The notes beneath the pieces are model-generated. The model was not told the DNA's origin and searched no databases. It saw nothing but the letters and a program-made list of their open reading frames with translations. Shown here piece after piece: positions 1 through 8,289 of a stretch of DNA of 64,000 nucleotides (position 1 is the first letter of the stretch; the number at the start of each line of letters is the position of its first letter). This stretch comes from an uncultured Methanoregulaceae archaeon (GTDB lineage: Archaea; Halobacteriota; Methanomicrobia; Methanomicrobiales; Methanospirillaceae), in contig CAWJAX010000003.1 of assembly GCA_963841015.1 (NCBI GenBank), positions 352,001 through 416,000 on the forward strand. The letters are read 5' to 3'. The translations under genes and the position numbers were made by a program.

Positions 1-108
1 GCGGACGTCCTCTGCCCGGTCAACGACCAGCGCATCCGCTCCGCTCTCGATTGCCGTTGTGGCAATCTCCTTGTTCCATGGCCTGATATCGACCCAGAAC
101 TGTTTCAT
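1..108 (-). CDS. aroB': 3-dehydroquinate synthase II (archaeal type), 5' part only, runs off the window edge
   Basis: Manual translation from ATG at 108: [36 protein letters not shown], matching the DHQ synthase II N-terminus; ATGA overlap with the upstream aldolase stop; expected position after aroA'. Confidence 0.8.
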   Translation of the reverse strand, partial: MKQFWVDIRPWNKEIATTAIESGADALVVDRAEDVR

Positions 109-896
109 TTGTGCTGCTCCAGCGCCTTTGCCGGATCCACGTTGTTATGCACCACATTGCAGAGTGCCTGGACAAACGATTTCGTGTCCTTGCGCTGGAA
201 GGCGTTCCGGCCAACACAGACCCCGGCGCCCCCGCCATTGACCGAGTCCCGGATGATCTGGAGAGACTCGAGGTCGCCGGTCTTCTCGCCGCCGGCAATA
301 AAGACAGGTACCGAGCAGGCTTTCACGATCTTTTTGAACGCCTCAGGGTCATTGGGGTAGTTGGTCTTGATCATGTCAGCGCCAAGCTCCTCAGCTACCC
401 TTACAGCATGCCCGATCGACTGCGCCGAGAAGGAGTCAATCCCCTTGCCCCGCGGGTAACTCATGATAAGGAGCGGCATGCCCCAGCGGTTGCAGTCGCG
501 TGCAACATTGGCACCGATCTCGAGCATCTTGGACTCATTGGGCGAGCCGAGGTTGATGTGAATAGAGACCGCGTCGGCGCCGAGCGCAATCGCTTCTTCA
601 ACCGTGCAGACCTGCACCTTGTCGTTCGGATCCGGGTTGAGCGAGGTACTCCCCGAGAGATGGATGAACAGGCCGATGTCACGGCCGTGCTTCCGGTGCC
701 CGCGCTTGACGAGCCCCTTGTGGAGCACTATCGCGTTTGCACCACCTTCGCTCACGTCCGAGATGACTTTTGTCATATCCAGCAATCCCTCGATCTGTCC
801 CATGGAAAAACCGTGGTCCATCGGTACGATCACTGCTCTTCCCGTGTTCCGGTTTATGATCCGTTCGATCCTGATGTCCTTTCCAATCATCTTCAT
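105..896 (-). CDS. aroA': 2-amino-3,7-dideoxy-D-threo-hept-6-ulosonate synthase / DhnA-type class I aldolase, paralog 2
   Basis: Motifs [34 protein letters not shown] (Schiff-base Lys), AGG, GRNAFQ; adjacent to aroB'. Confidence 0.85.
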   Translation of the reverse strand: MKMIGKDIRIERIINRNTGRAVIVPMDHGFSMGQIEGLLDMTKVISDVSEGGANAIVLHKGLVKRGHRKHGRDIGLFIHLSGSTSLNPDPNDKVQVCTVEEAIALGADAVSIHINLGSPNESKMLEIGANVARDCNRWGMPLLIMSYPRGKGIDSFSAQSIGHAVRVAEELGADMIKTNYPNDPEAFKKIVKACSVPVFIAGGEKTGDLESLQIIRDSVNGGGAGVCVGRNAFQRKDTKSFVQALCNVVHNNVDPAKALEQHK

Positions 897-1684
897 TCCT
901 CCAGAATTTTCAGTGCTTCCTCTACGCTCTTGTTTGCATGCACGATACAGGCCGCTGCCCGGACGAACTTAGCCGGGTTCTTGTGCTGGAATGCGTTCCG
1001 GCCAATCGAGATGCCTGCTGCGCCTCCGGCCATCGCGCCTTCTATCAGTTCCAGGGTTGTGCGGTCATCGGTCTTTGAACCTCCGGCCACCACGACCGGT
1101 ACCGGACAGCCCCGGGTGACCTCACGGAAGCTCTCCGGGTCACCGGTATACACGGTCTTGACAATATCAGCCCCGAGCTCTGCTGCTACCCGTGCCGCGA
1201 GTTTCACGTTCTCCGTATCGTTCTCCGCTTTCACCTTCTTTCCCCGAGGGTACATCATGGCAAGGAGCGGCATGCCCCACTCCATGCACTCAACCGCGAC
1301 CACGCCAAAGTCGGCGAGCATCCGGGCCTCCGATTCGGCTCCGATATTCACGTGGATCGAGACCCCGTCCGCACCCATCTTCAGGGCATTCTGTACCGAG
1401 TTCACGAGCACTTTCTCGTTCGGGTCCGGCCCGAGCGAGGTGCTCGCGGACAGGTGCAGGATTAATCCTATGTCCCTCCCACCCTGCCGGTGGCCGTGGA
1501 GCGCGAGCCCCATGTGCCCTATCACGCAGTTCGCCCCGCCGTCCGCAACCAGGTTCACAGTCTGGCCCATATCGATAAGCCCGGGAATCGGCCCGTTCGT
1601 AACCCCGTGGTCCATGGGCACGATGACGGTTTTTTTCGTATTACGGTTCATGATTCGTTCAAGACGGATTTCCTTTCCTCTCAT
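893..1684 (-). CDS. aroA': 2-amino-3,7-dideoxy-D-threo-hept-6-ulosonate synthase / DhnA-type class I aldolase, paralog 1
   Basis: Same motifs ([34 protein letters not shown]); start set at ATG 1684, 11 nt after a GGAGGAG Shine-Dalgarno. Confidence 0.88.
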   Translation of the reverse strand: MRGKEIRLERIMNRNTKKTVIVPMDHGVTNGPIPGLIDMGQTVNLVADGGANCVIGHMGLALHGHRQGGRDIGLILHLSASTSLGPDPNEKVLVNSVQNALKMGADGVSIHVNIGAESEARMLADFGVVAVECMEWGMPLLAMMYPRGKKVKAENDTENVKLAARVAAELGADIVKTVYTGDPESFREVTRGCPVPVVVAGGSKTDDRTTLELIEGAMAGGAAGISIGRNAFQHKNPAKFVRAAACIVHANKSVEEALKILEE

Positions 1685-1747
1685 GGTAACAACAACTCCT
1701 CCCCCTGCATTCACACAGATTTTAATTTTTAGTGCAAACCAGAGGGC

Positions 1748-1909
1748 TTACCGGTACCAGAAAAAATACCGGAAATAATAGCTGGAATAAATGCCAAAGT
1801 CGCGATACGCGGACGTACCTGCGTTCACGATTTCAGAAACGGTTGCTTCGATGCAGTGGGCGGGTGAACTAGTTGAGATAAAGACATTCACGGGCAAAAA
1901 AACCCTCAT
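1748..1909 (-). CDS. Putative aromatic-amino-acid-rich leader peptide (53 aa) of the aro operon
   Basis: Manual translation: MRVFLPVNVFISTSSPAHCIEATVSEIVNAGTSAYRDFGIYSSYYFRYFFWYR*; 11 of the last 19 codons are Tyr/Phe/Trp; same strand as, and 63 nt upstream of, aroA'; shorter than the ORF-track cutoff. Confidence 0.75.
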   Translation of the reverse strand: MRVFLPVNVFISTSSPAHCIEATVSEIVNAGTSAYRDFGIYSSYYFRYFFWYR

Positions 1910-1957
1910 GAATGCGGTGGCACTCGTCCTGCATGATCTTTTGTATGATGTGCTTTG

Positions 1958-1964
1958 TATTTAA
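1958..1964 (-). promoter_or_regulatory. Candidate TATA box for the leader-aro transcript
   Basis: TTAAATA on the minus strand about 50 nt upstream of the leader ATG; usual archaeal spacing predicts a start site near 1935. Confidence 0.45.
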
Positions 1965-2261
1965 CTATGTGTGCTACAGTGTAGCACGGTCGAAGTGTGA
2001 ATAAATAGATATGGTTTTTGTCTAAGGACATTGGAAAAAAATTTCAATCTTTTTTTAGGAGAAAATCTAATATGAATAAAACCTACTGAATGAATCAAAG
2101 CGGTCAGACACATGGGATGCATAGGGAAATAAAAAACCTGTGACTTCTCAATATTTCGCACATTTTTTTTCAGAACCGGAATCCATGCTGCAATGAAATT
2201 GAAGACAGGGCCGGTTTCGAATCCGGTTCCGGGTCCACCCCCCACGCATACTCATGAATCC

Positions 2262-2891
2262 CTACCGTTGCGGCAGGGATCCCATCAGGGCATAGAAATA
2301 CTCAGGCTGCCGGGTGGTGAAAAGACCGTGCCAGGCTTCGAGCGTTGCAGGTGCCATGACATCAAGACTCCGAAATATATGGTACGCGAACTCTAATGGT
2401 GCAAGTCCGCTTGCAGTGATGAGATTGCCGCCAGTCACTGCGGGTTCGTTCACATAATAATTCTCGCCACGGTAGTTCGGGCAGAACATTTTCAGGGCTG
2501 TAGGATCGTTGCTGGTATGCGGGCGTTTGTCCAGCAGGCCCGCGTTTGCAAGGCCAAGCGTCGCACCGCAGATAGCGGCAACAAGTATTCCTTCATCAAG
2601 CAACCGGCCTGCCACCTTGAGGGTGGGCACCTGTGCCGTATCAAGCCAGGTATCTGCTCCCGTCAGCACGAGCACGTCGCCAAGTACCGGGTGGATATCC
2701 CTTATGAGAACTTCCGGCGTCAAATGCAACCCGCCCATGGTGGTCACTGGGTCTGATGTACTGCCGCACAGTACAACAGAATACCTGAGCGCCGGATCTT
2801 TCAGGTAACGTCCGGAGCGGAGCTCGGCCGTGACATGGCCCGGTTCCCAATCGGAAAGGGTATCGAGGATATAGAGATAGAGTGTGCGCAT
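2262..2891 (-). CDS. DJ-1/PfpI family protein (type 1 glutamine amidotransferase-like)
   Basis: SDWE near the N-terminus, VTTMGGL, nucleophile elbow AAICGA, NLITASG. Confidence 0.85.
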   Translation of the reverse strand: MRTLYLYILDTLSDWEPGHVTAELRSGRYLKDPALRYSVVLCGSTSDPVTTMGGLHLTPEVLIRDIHPVLGDVLVLTGADTWLDTAQVPTLKVAGRLLDEGILVAAICGATLGLANAGLLDKRPHTSNDPTALKMFCPNYRGENYYVNEPAVTGGNLITASGLAPLEFAYHIFRSLDVMAPATLEAWHGLFTTRQPEYFYALMGSLPQR

Positions 2892-3339
2892 GATTCACCA
2901 GTATAGATTATTGAACGGGATTGAGATATCTCTACTCCTTATGTTTCATCCCCATTCGCTTCCCAGTGCCTTTTGATCCGGCAACTGACTGCAGCACTAT
3001 AAGGAGTTACCAGGATCGTCAAATTAATTCTTCCCCTTTCTCTCCTTCCCTCATTCAACTCATGCACCAGTTATCCTTAATCAAAAATTTTTAAAACACA
3101 TACAGGATTTTTTTGTCAGTGTTCATCTCCCAGGGACGAATGAGGAATAGGACAGCCCGGTGAATCAAAGACCTGGTGATTGAGGATCCGTGAAAAGGGA
3201 TTCCTTTCAGCTGTACCAGGTGCATGACGACCATCATCACACCAGACTGATCGGCAGGAAAATATTCCCCTGAATGGCTGAGGGGCGAACCGGAGTTGGC
3301 ATCCCCGGCCCATCCCCCATCCACTATGTTTTTATCCGC

Positions 3340-4401
3340 ATGAGTGAGAATACAGCGTTGAGTACATCCTCCATGTGGGAGATTGCAGTAATTACGGTAC
3401 TTCTGGCGTTTGCGTTTACCTTCACCAATGGTTTTCAGGATGCCAGTTCAATTGCTGCGACATTCATTGCTTCACGTTCGGCATCACCAAAAAACGGCAT
3501 CATCTTTATTGCAGGTGTGTCCCTGCTCGGGGCGATCCTTGGGGGGAGCGCCGTCGCCTTCACCATTTCGGGTCTCCTTATCCTTCCTTCAGATGAACAA
3601 ACCCTGCTTGTCCTCCTTATCGGACTTCTGACTGCAACCATCTGGAACCTCATCACCTGGAAATACGGTCTTCCTTCCTCATCCACGCAATCCCTGATCG
3701 GGGGGCTGGTCGGTGCAGGCATTGCAGCTGCCGGAATTGGGGGGATTTACTGGGGTTTTGAAGAGCTTGTTAATCCTCCGTATGAATTAACAGGTTTTGT
3801 CAAGATCCTATTCTTTTTTGGTATTTCCATCGTGATCGGTTTTGTCGGGAGTTTTATGATGCACAGGTGCACGGGTTTCATCCTCCGCAATGCAGAGAGA
3901 ACGGTAAACAAATCGATAATTTTCTTCAACTGGTGCGCTGCCGGGATCATGGCTTTTTCAAACGGGGCAAACGATTCACAGAAACAGCTGGGTATTATCG
4001 CTCTTGCCCTCTTTGCTGCCGGGCTGTCAACGGCTGCAGAAGTGCCGTTCTGGGCCCGGGTTACCTGTGCAATCCTCATCGCTGCAGGAACACTGAGCGG
4101 GGGATGGCGTATCATGAACACGCTGGGACGCAGGATTTTTAAAATTGAACCCATCCACTCATTTGATTCACAGGTCTTTTCGTCCGCATCCATTGCCGTT
4201 TCAACCCTGGCCGGGGCACCGGTATCATCCACCCAGATCATCACCATGTCAGTACTCGGGGTGGGCGCAGCGGAGAATCCAAGGAAAGTGAAATGGTCAA
4301 CAGGAACTCACATTCTCATAGCCATGATTATTACCATCCCCGTCACCATGGTGATGTCAGCTGCCCTGTATCTGTTCATTTTCCCTTTTATTGGAGTGTG
4401 A
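3340..4401 (+). CDS. pit: Inorganic phosphate transporter, PiT family
   Basis: Motifs NGFQDASS, GLPSSSTQSLIGG, GANDSQK, GAPVSSTQ; multiple TM segments; start taken at MSENT. Confidence 0.9.
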   Translation: MSENTALSTSSMWEIAVITVLLAFAFTFTNGFQDASSIAATFIASRSASPKNGIIFIAGVSLLGAILGGSAVAFTISGLLILPSDEQTLLVLLIGLLTATIWNLITWKYGLPSSSTQSLIGGLVGAGIAAAGIGGIYWGFEELVNPPYELTGFVKILFFFGISIVIGFVGSFMMHRCTGFILRNAERTVNKSIIFFNWCAAGIMAFSNGANDSQKQLGIIALALFAAGLSTAAEVPFWARVTCAILIAAGTLSGGWRIMNTLGRRIFKIEPIHSFDSQVFSSASIAVSTLAGAPVSSTQIITMSVLGVGAAENPRKVKWSTGTHILIAMIITIPVTMVMSAALYLFIFPFIGV

Positions 4402-4407
4402 TTAACG

Positions 4408-5073
4408 ATGGTTACCGATAACATAAAACAGCATACAGATCCCGAGGTGAAGAAAAAAAAGAACCCATTCTTTGAAATTTTCCCCCGGGAGTATGATTTT
4501 GAATCGATGCTTTCCCTCCAGTCAGAAATGACGGTATCTGGTGTGAAGGCATTTATCGTATTGCTGGAGACCCGTCCCCTTTCAGATCCCCACGAACTGC
4601 AACGCATAGAAACCGAAGTGGACATCATGCGCAAGGATCTGGAGGAGAAACTGATCAAATCATTTTCCACACCGTTTGACCGGCAGGATATCTTCAGTAT
4701 TTCCCGACAGATGGATTACATCCTCAACTTCTCCAATGAAACGGTAAAAGAAATGTATGCTTTCGGGGTGCAACCGGATCCTTCAATACTGGCAATGGCA
4801 AGATACCTGCTGAGCGGGACTGAGTGTATCTCCCGGGGGATCAGGAATATCACCTCGGATAAAACCGCAGTGGAAGCAGAGATCCGTCATGCCCGTGATG
4901 CGTATCACAGAATTGAAGAGGTGTATATCGCCGGCATGACCGAACTATTGAAAACGACCGACGCGATGAATGCCTTGCGGACGCGGGAGATCTACCACCA
5001 CCTCCGGGATGCAGGGCGGGCGATGCGGGATACGCTGGATATCCTGCACAATGCGGTTATTGATCTGGCTTAA
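4408..5073 (+). CDS. DUF47 / PhoU-like phosphate transport regulator
   Basis: FSTPFDRQDI and REIYHHL motifs; usual partner gene of pit, 6 nt downstream. Confidence 0.85.
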   Translation: MVTDNIKQHTDPEVKKKKNPFFEIFPREYDFESMLSLQSEMTVSGVKAFIVLLETRPLSDPHELQRIETEVDIMRKDLEEKLIKSFSTPFDRQDIFSISRQMDYILNFSNETVKEMYAFGVQPDPSILAMARYLLSGTECISRGIRNITSDKTAVEAEIRHARDAYHRIEEVYIAGMTELLKTTDAMNALRTREIYHHLRDAGRAMRDTLDILHNAVIDLA

Positions 5074-5098
5074 AAAGAGTTGATTTTTCCAGGTATTG

Positions 5099-5611
5099 TT
5101 ATTTTTTTACTTTCCTGATAATGGTCAGATCACCGAGCGTGGGAGTGAGTTTACTCTGAACCTTCTTTTCTGATTCCGGGACAGGGGCATCGATGAGGCG
5201 AATCTCAAGAACTTTCTCCAGTTTTTTGCGTACGGCTTCCTCAGGGATCAATTCACTGTTCTCAATCTTTTTGATGAGATGTTCACGTTCCTTGATCTGC
5301 ATGGCCAGATCTTTTGCAGAGAGCCCTTTTTCCATCCGTGCTTTTCTTATGCGGGCTGCATAATCCTCAACGATCTCTCCTTCCATGTAATCAAAGAGAT
5401 CCCGTTTTCTCCGGTCAACAGGAACTACGGTCGTCGGTGTTTTTCCCGGTCGGGGTGCTGCAGTGCTCGGGCGTGCAATATCTGCACGCCGTACCTGCTG
5501 CACTTCAGTGCCGAATTTCTCGCACTTGGTGCAGACCTGCAGTTCGGCACCCTCGACCCGAACTAATTTGGCGGCGCCCCGAATCGTTTCTCCACACATT
5601 TCACACTGCAT
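5099..5611 (-). CDS. mbf1: Archaeal multiprotein bridging factor aMBF1 (Zn ribbon + HTH)
   Basis: CEMCG...VCTKC zinc ribbon, HTH region [12 protein letters not shown]-terminal TLGD motif. Confidence 0.92.
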   Translation of the reverse strand: MQCEMCGETIRGAAKLVRVEGAELQVCTKCEKFGTEVQQVRRADIARPSTAAPRPGKTPTTVVPVDRRKRDLFDYMEGEIVEDYAARIRKARMEKGLSAKDLAMQIKEREHLIKKIENSELIPEEAVRKKLEKVLEIRLIDAPVPESEKKVQSKLTPTLGDLTIIRKVKK

Positions 5612-5665
5612 ATTCTCACAAACACTTTATATGCAGTTTCCCTATATAGCTATTTGAGAAACGAG

Positions 5666-6976
5666 ATGGGAGACATCCTCCACCAATCACCGGAACCTCA
5701 GACGCCAGAGGAGCTCTACCGATTGTACCGCACACTTTCGGAACAGCTTCGCGGACAACTGAGCCAGATCGAAAACGACAAGCATGAACTCGAGATACAG
5801 ATGATGGATCGGGTGGGAAACCTTGAATCCCGCAATCTTGAACTCCGCGAGCAGTTACGGCAGGTTGAAGCGGACAAACGGTATATCGAGACCCAGAAGA
5901 TCCGCTACGAACGTGAAGTCCGGAAACTCAAGAGTGAAAGCGAGCAGCTTCGCAGCCCGCCCCTGATCATCGGTACTATCACCGATGTAGTCGATGCTTC
6001 CCGTGTCATTGTGAGGAGCAGTGCCGGCCCGCGTTTCCTGGTACGGAGTTCTCCCTCCATCAGTGCTGAAGAGATCAAGCCCGGTGTCCGGTGTACGCTT
6101 AACCAGCAGTCGCTTGCTATCGTTGAGCTGCTGCCAACCAGCTTTGATGCGCAGATCTATGGCATGGAACTGGTGGATTCCCCGCAGGAAACCTATGCAG
6201 ATATCGGCGGTCTTGAGGTCCAGATCAACGAGATAAAAGAGGCAGTCGAACTCCCGCTGAAGCGTCCTGAACTTTTCCTCAGGATTGGAATTGATCCCCC
6301 AAAAGGTGTACTGCTCCATGGACCGCCGGGTACAGGAAAGACGTTGCTGGCAAAAGCTGTTGCCCATGAAACCAACGCTCATTTCATGCGGGTGGTAGGA
6401 TCCGAGCTCGTGCAGAAATATATTGGTGAAGGGGCACGACTCGTCCGCGAGCTCTTCGATCTTGCCAGGAAAAAAGCCCCGACCATTATCTTCATCGATG
6501 AAATTGATGCAGTAGGCGCATCACGCTCTGAGGCAAACACCTCCGGCGACCGTGAAGTACAGCGAACGCTCATGCAACTCCTGGCAGGTATGGACGGATT
6601 TGAGAACCGGGGGGATGTGAAGATTATCGGCGCAACAAACCGCATCGACATCCTTGACAGGGCATTACTCCGTCCCGGTCGGTTTGACAGGATTATCGAG
6701 ATACCGCTTCCGGATGAAACAGGACGGTTGTCAATCCTGAAGGTCCATTGCCGGGCATTGACCATTGAAGAGAATGTTGACCTCGGTGAAGTCGCACGGC
6801 AGACGGACGGCAAGAACGGTGCAGACCTTCGGGCAATCTGTATGGAAGCCGGTATGTTTGCGATCAGGAAAGATCGCCCGGCTATTACCCAGGAAGATTT
6901 CCTTGCCGCAATAGCCAAAATACGTCTGGATTTCAACCGCGGTACGGCTGATGTTGAAGGCGCTATGTTTGCATAA
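5666..6976 (+). CDS. pan: Proteasome-activating nucleotidase (AAA ATPase)
   Basis: N-terminal coiled coil, Walker A GPPGTGKT, Walker [22 protein letters not shown]-terminal HbYX-like MFA. Confidence 0.95.
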   Translation: MGDILHQSPEPQTPEELYRLYRTLSEQLRGQLSQIENDKHELEIQMMDRVGNLESRNLELREQLRQVEADKRYIETQKIRYEREVRKLKSESEQLRSPPLIIGTITDVVDASRVIVRSSAGPRFLVRSSPSISAEEIKPGVRCTLNQQSLAIVELLPTSFDAQIYGMELVDSPQETYADIGGLEVQINEIKEAVELPLKRPELFLRIGIDPPKGVLLHGPPGTGKTLLAKAVAHETNAHFMRVVGSELVQKYIGEGARLVRELFDLARKKAPTIIFIDEIDAVGASRSEANTSGDREVQRTLMQLLAGMDGFENRGDVKIIGATNRIDILDRALLRPGRFDRIIEIPLPDETGRLSILKVHCRALTIEENVDLGEVARQTDGKNGADLRAICMEAGMFAIRKDRPAITQEDFLAAIAKIRLDFNRGTADVEGAMFA

Positions 6977-7018
6977 GGACTTTTTTCCTTTTTTCTGACA
7001 AATCTCACAGGTATCACG

Positions 7019-7390
7019 ATGCCGGACGAGAACCATTCCAATGATTGCGATTCTCAAAAGAACGATGCACCCCCACCGGAGGATGGTTTCCTGACAATGG
7101 TTCCTGTAGGTATGACCCTGGAGAATATTATTGATCGTACCGGAGAACTTGAACACTTAAACGAACTGGTTATGCTCCAGCTCAATAAAGCAGGGGGATT
7201 CACGTGTACTGAATCTTATTTTTCGCTTGTGCAGCCACTTCTGGATCTGCTTGAAGTCGAGATCCGGCTCCGATACTATCATGGGATGTCTGACCAGGAG
7301 ATGAAACTCCTTGTCCAGGACTGGATAGACAGAGAGATTGCGGAATTGAGAAAAACATGCGATGTGCAGGACCCGTTCACTCAACGGTGA
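7019..7390 (+). CDS. Hypothetical protein
   Basis: 123-aa ORF co-oriented after pan with helical, protein-like composition; family not recognised. Confidence 0.6.
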   Translation: MPDENHSNDCDSQKNDAPPPEDGFLTMVPVGMTLENIIDRTGELEHLNELVMLQLNKAGGFTCTESYFSLVQPLLDLLEVEIRLRYYHGMSDQEMKLLVQDWIDREIAELRKTCDVQDPFTQR

Positions 7391-7603
7391 TGGGGGTCTG
7401 AAAACTCATTTAGGATCCCGTTTTGGTTTTTTTCATCGCTTCGACATTTGATAAAATAAAGGTGATTTGGCACATCCAATACACGGAAGAATTGTGAAAT
7501 TTTTTTCCCGTTGTTGTGCTTCTTCAAAGTTTTCAATTTCAAGGAAGCATGATTGGTTGATTGGGCGGAAACCTTCATTCCCTGGTGCGGTGATGAAACC
7601 GAT

Positions 7604-7977
7604 AATATCGTCAGACAACATATCCCGGGAACCTATAAGGGGTACTACTCCCCCAAGGGTAAAATAAGCCCGTTTCGGGCTCCGTTTGCTCTTTTTTCGT
7701 GCCCGGAAAACCCCGCAAAACGCTCCGATAGTATCTGGTCCAGAAATCCGACAATTGAGGGTTATTTGAACAAAAAAACACCATATTGGCCTCAAATTCC
7801 TGAGCCTGGAAGCTGCGTGGGTTTTGATCCTGAGCCTGCTTTGGCCTGTCATGGTCGGGATCGGCCACGCAAAGGGCATTGGCGGCCTCGAAAAAAGGGA
7901 TCGAAACAGGCGAATATTCAGGAATATTTTCGCTAAATAACCGTGATTTCGAGTTATTTTGGAACGACAGCGAGGAA
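7604..7977. repeat. Dispersed non-coding repeat module A, copy 1
   Basis: Colinear with 54531-54905, including an identical 26-nt block CGGAAAACCCCGCAAAACGCTCCGAT; ends approximate. Confidence 0.85.
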
Positions 7978-8005
7978 ATGGATGATAATAAAAGAGGATT
8001 TTTTG

Positions 8006-8214
8006 GCTCGGGAGAATTCCTTTTCCATTGATATGAAATTCAAGATGTTGGTACTAGAGTAGGAGGGGACAGTACCTGTCCCCCCATACCGCCCCTGTGC
8101 TGAGCGGATGATGACGGAGCACCTGTTCGGGAGTTATCGCATAGGGGGAGCAACAGCGGAGGAGATGAAACCCCCCTGAGCGTTTCAGCTTGTAATTGAG
8201 CATTTCTCCAGAGC
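8006..8214. mobile_element. MITE-like module B, copy 1 (uninterrupted)
   Basis: Imperfect terminal inverted repeat GCTCGGGAGAATTCC ... GCATTTCTCCAGAGC; colinear with 54038-54232 plus 54457-54471; internal hairpin GGGGACAG-TAC-CTGTCCCC. Confidence 0.7.
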
Positions 8215-8289
8215 AGATATTTTGGCATGGTGGGCAGAGAGGAGGGTTCTTTCCGGCCATTTCCTGCCCAGGAAAAAACCAAAATACTA

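Noticed and set aside
111-1778. 555-aa plus-strand ORF
   Set aside because: Antisense shadow of the two GC-rich aldolase genes; no recognisable motifs
2210-2230. GCCGGTTTCGAATCCGGTTCC resembling the tRNA-Leu T-arm (possible att site)
   Set aside because: Short and imperfect, lies upstream rather than downstream of the tRNA, the interval holds core genes, and no integrase is present
7433-7936. ORFs of 85-148 aa overlapping module A
   Set aside because: The longest frame has stop codons in the second copy, the copies differ by indels, and no domain is recognisable
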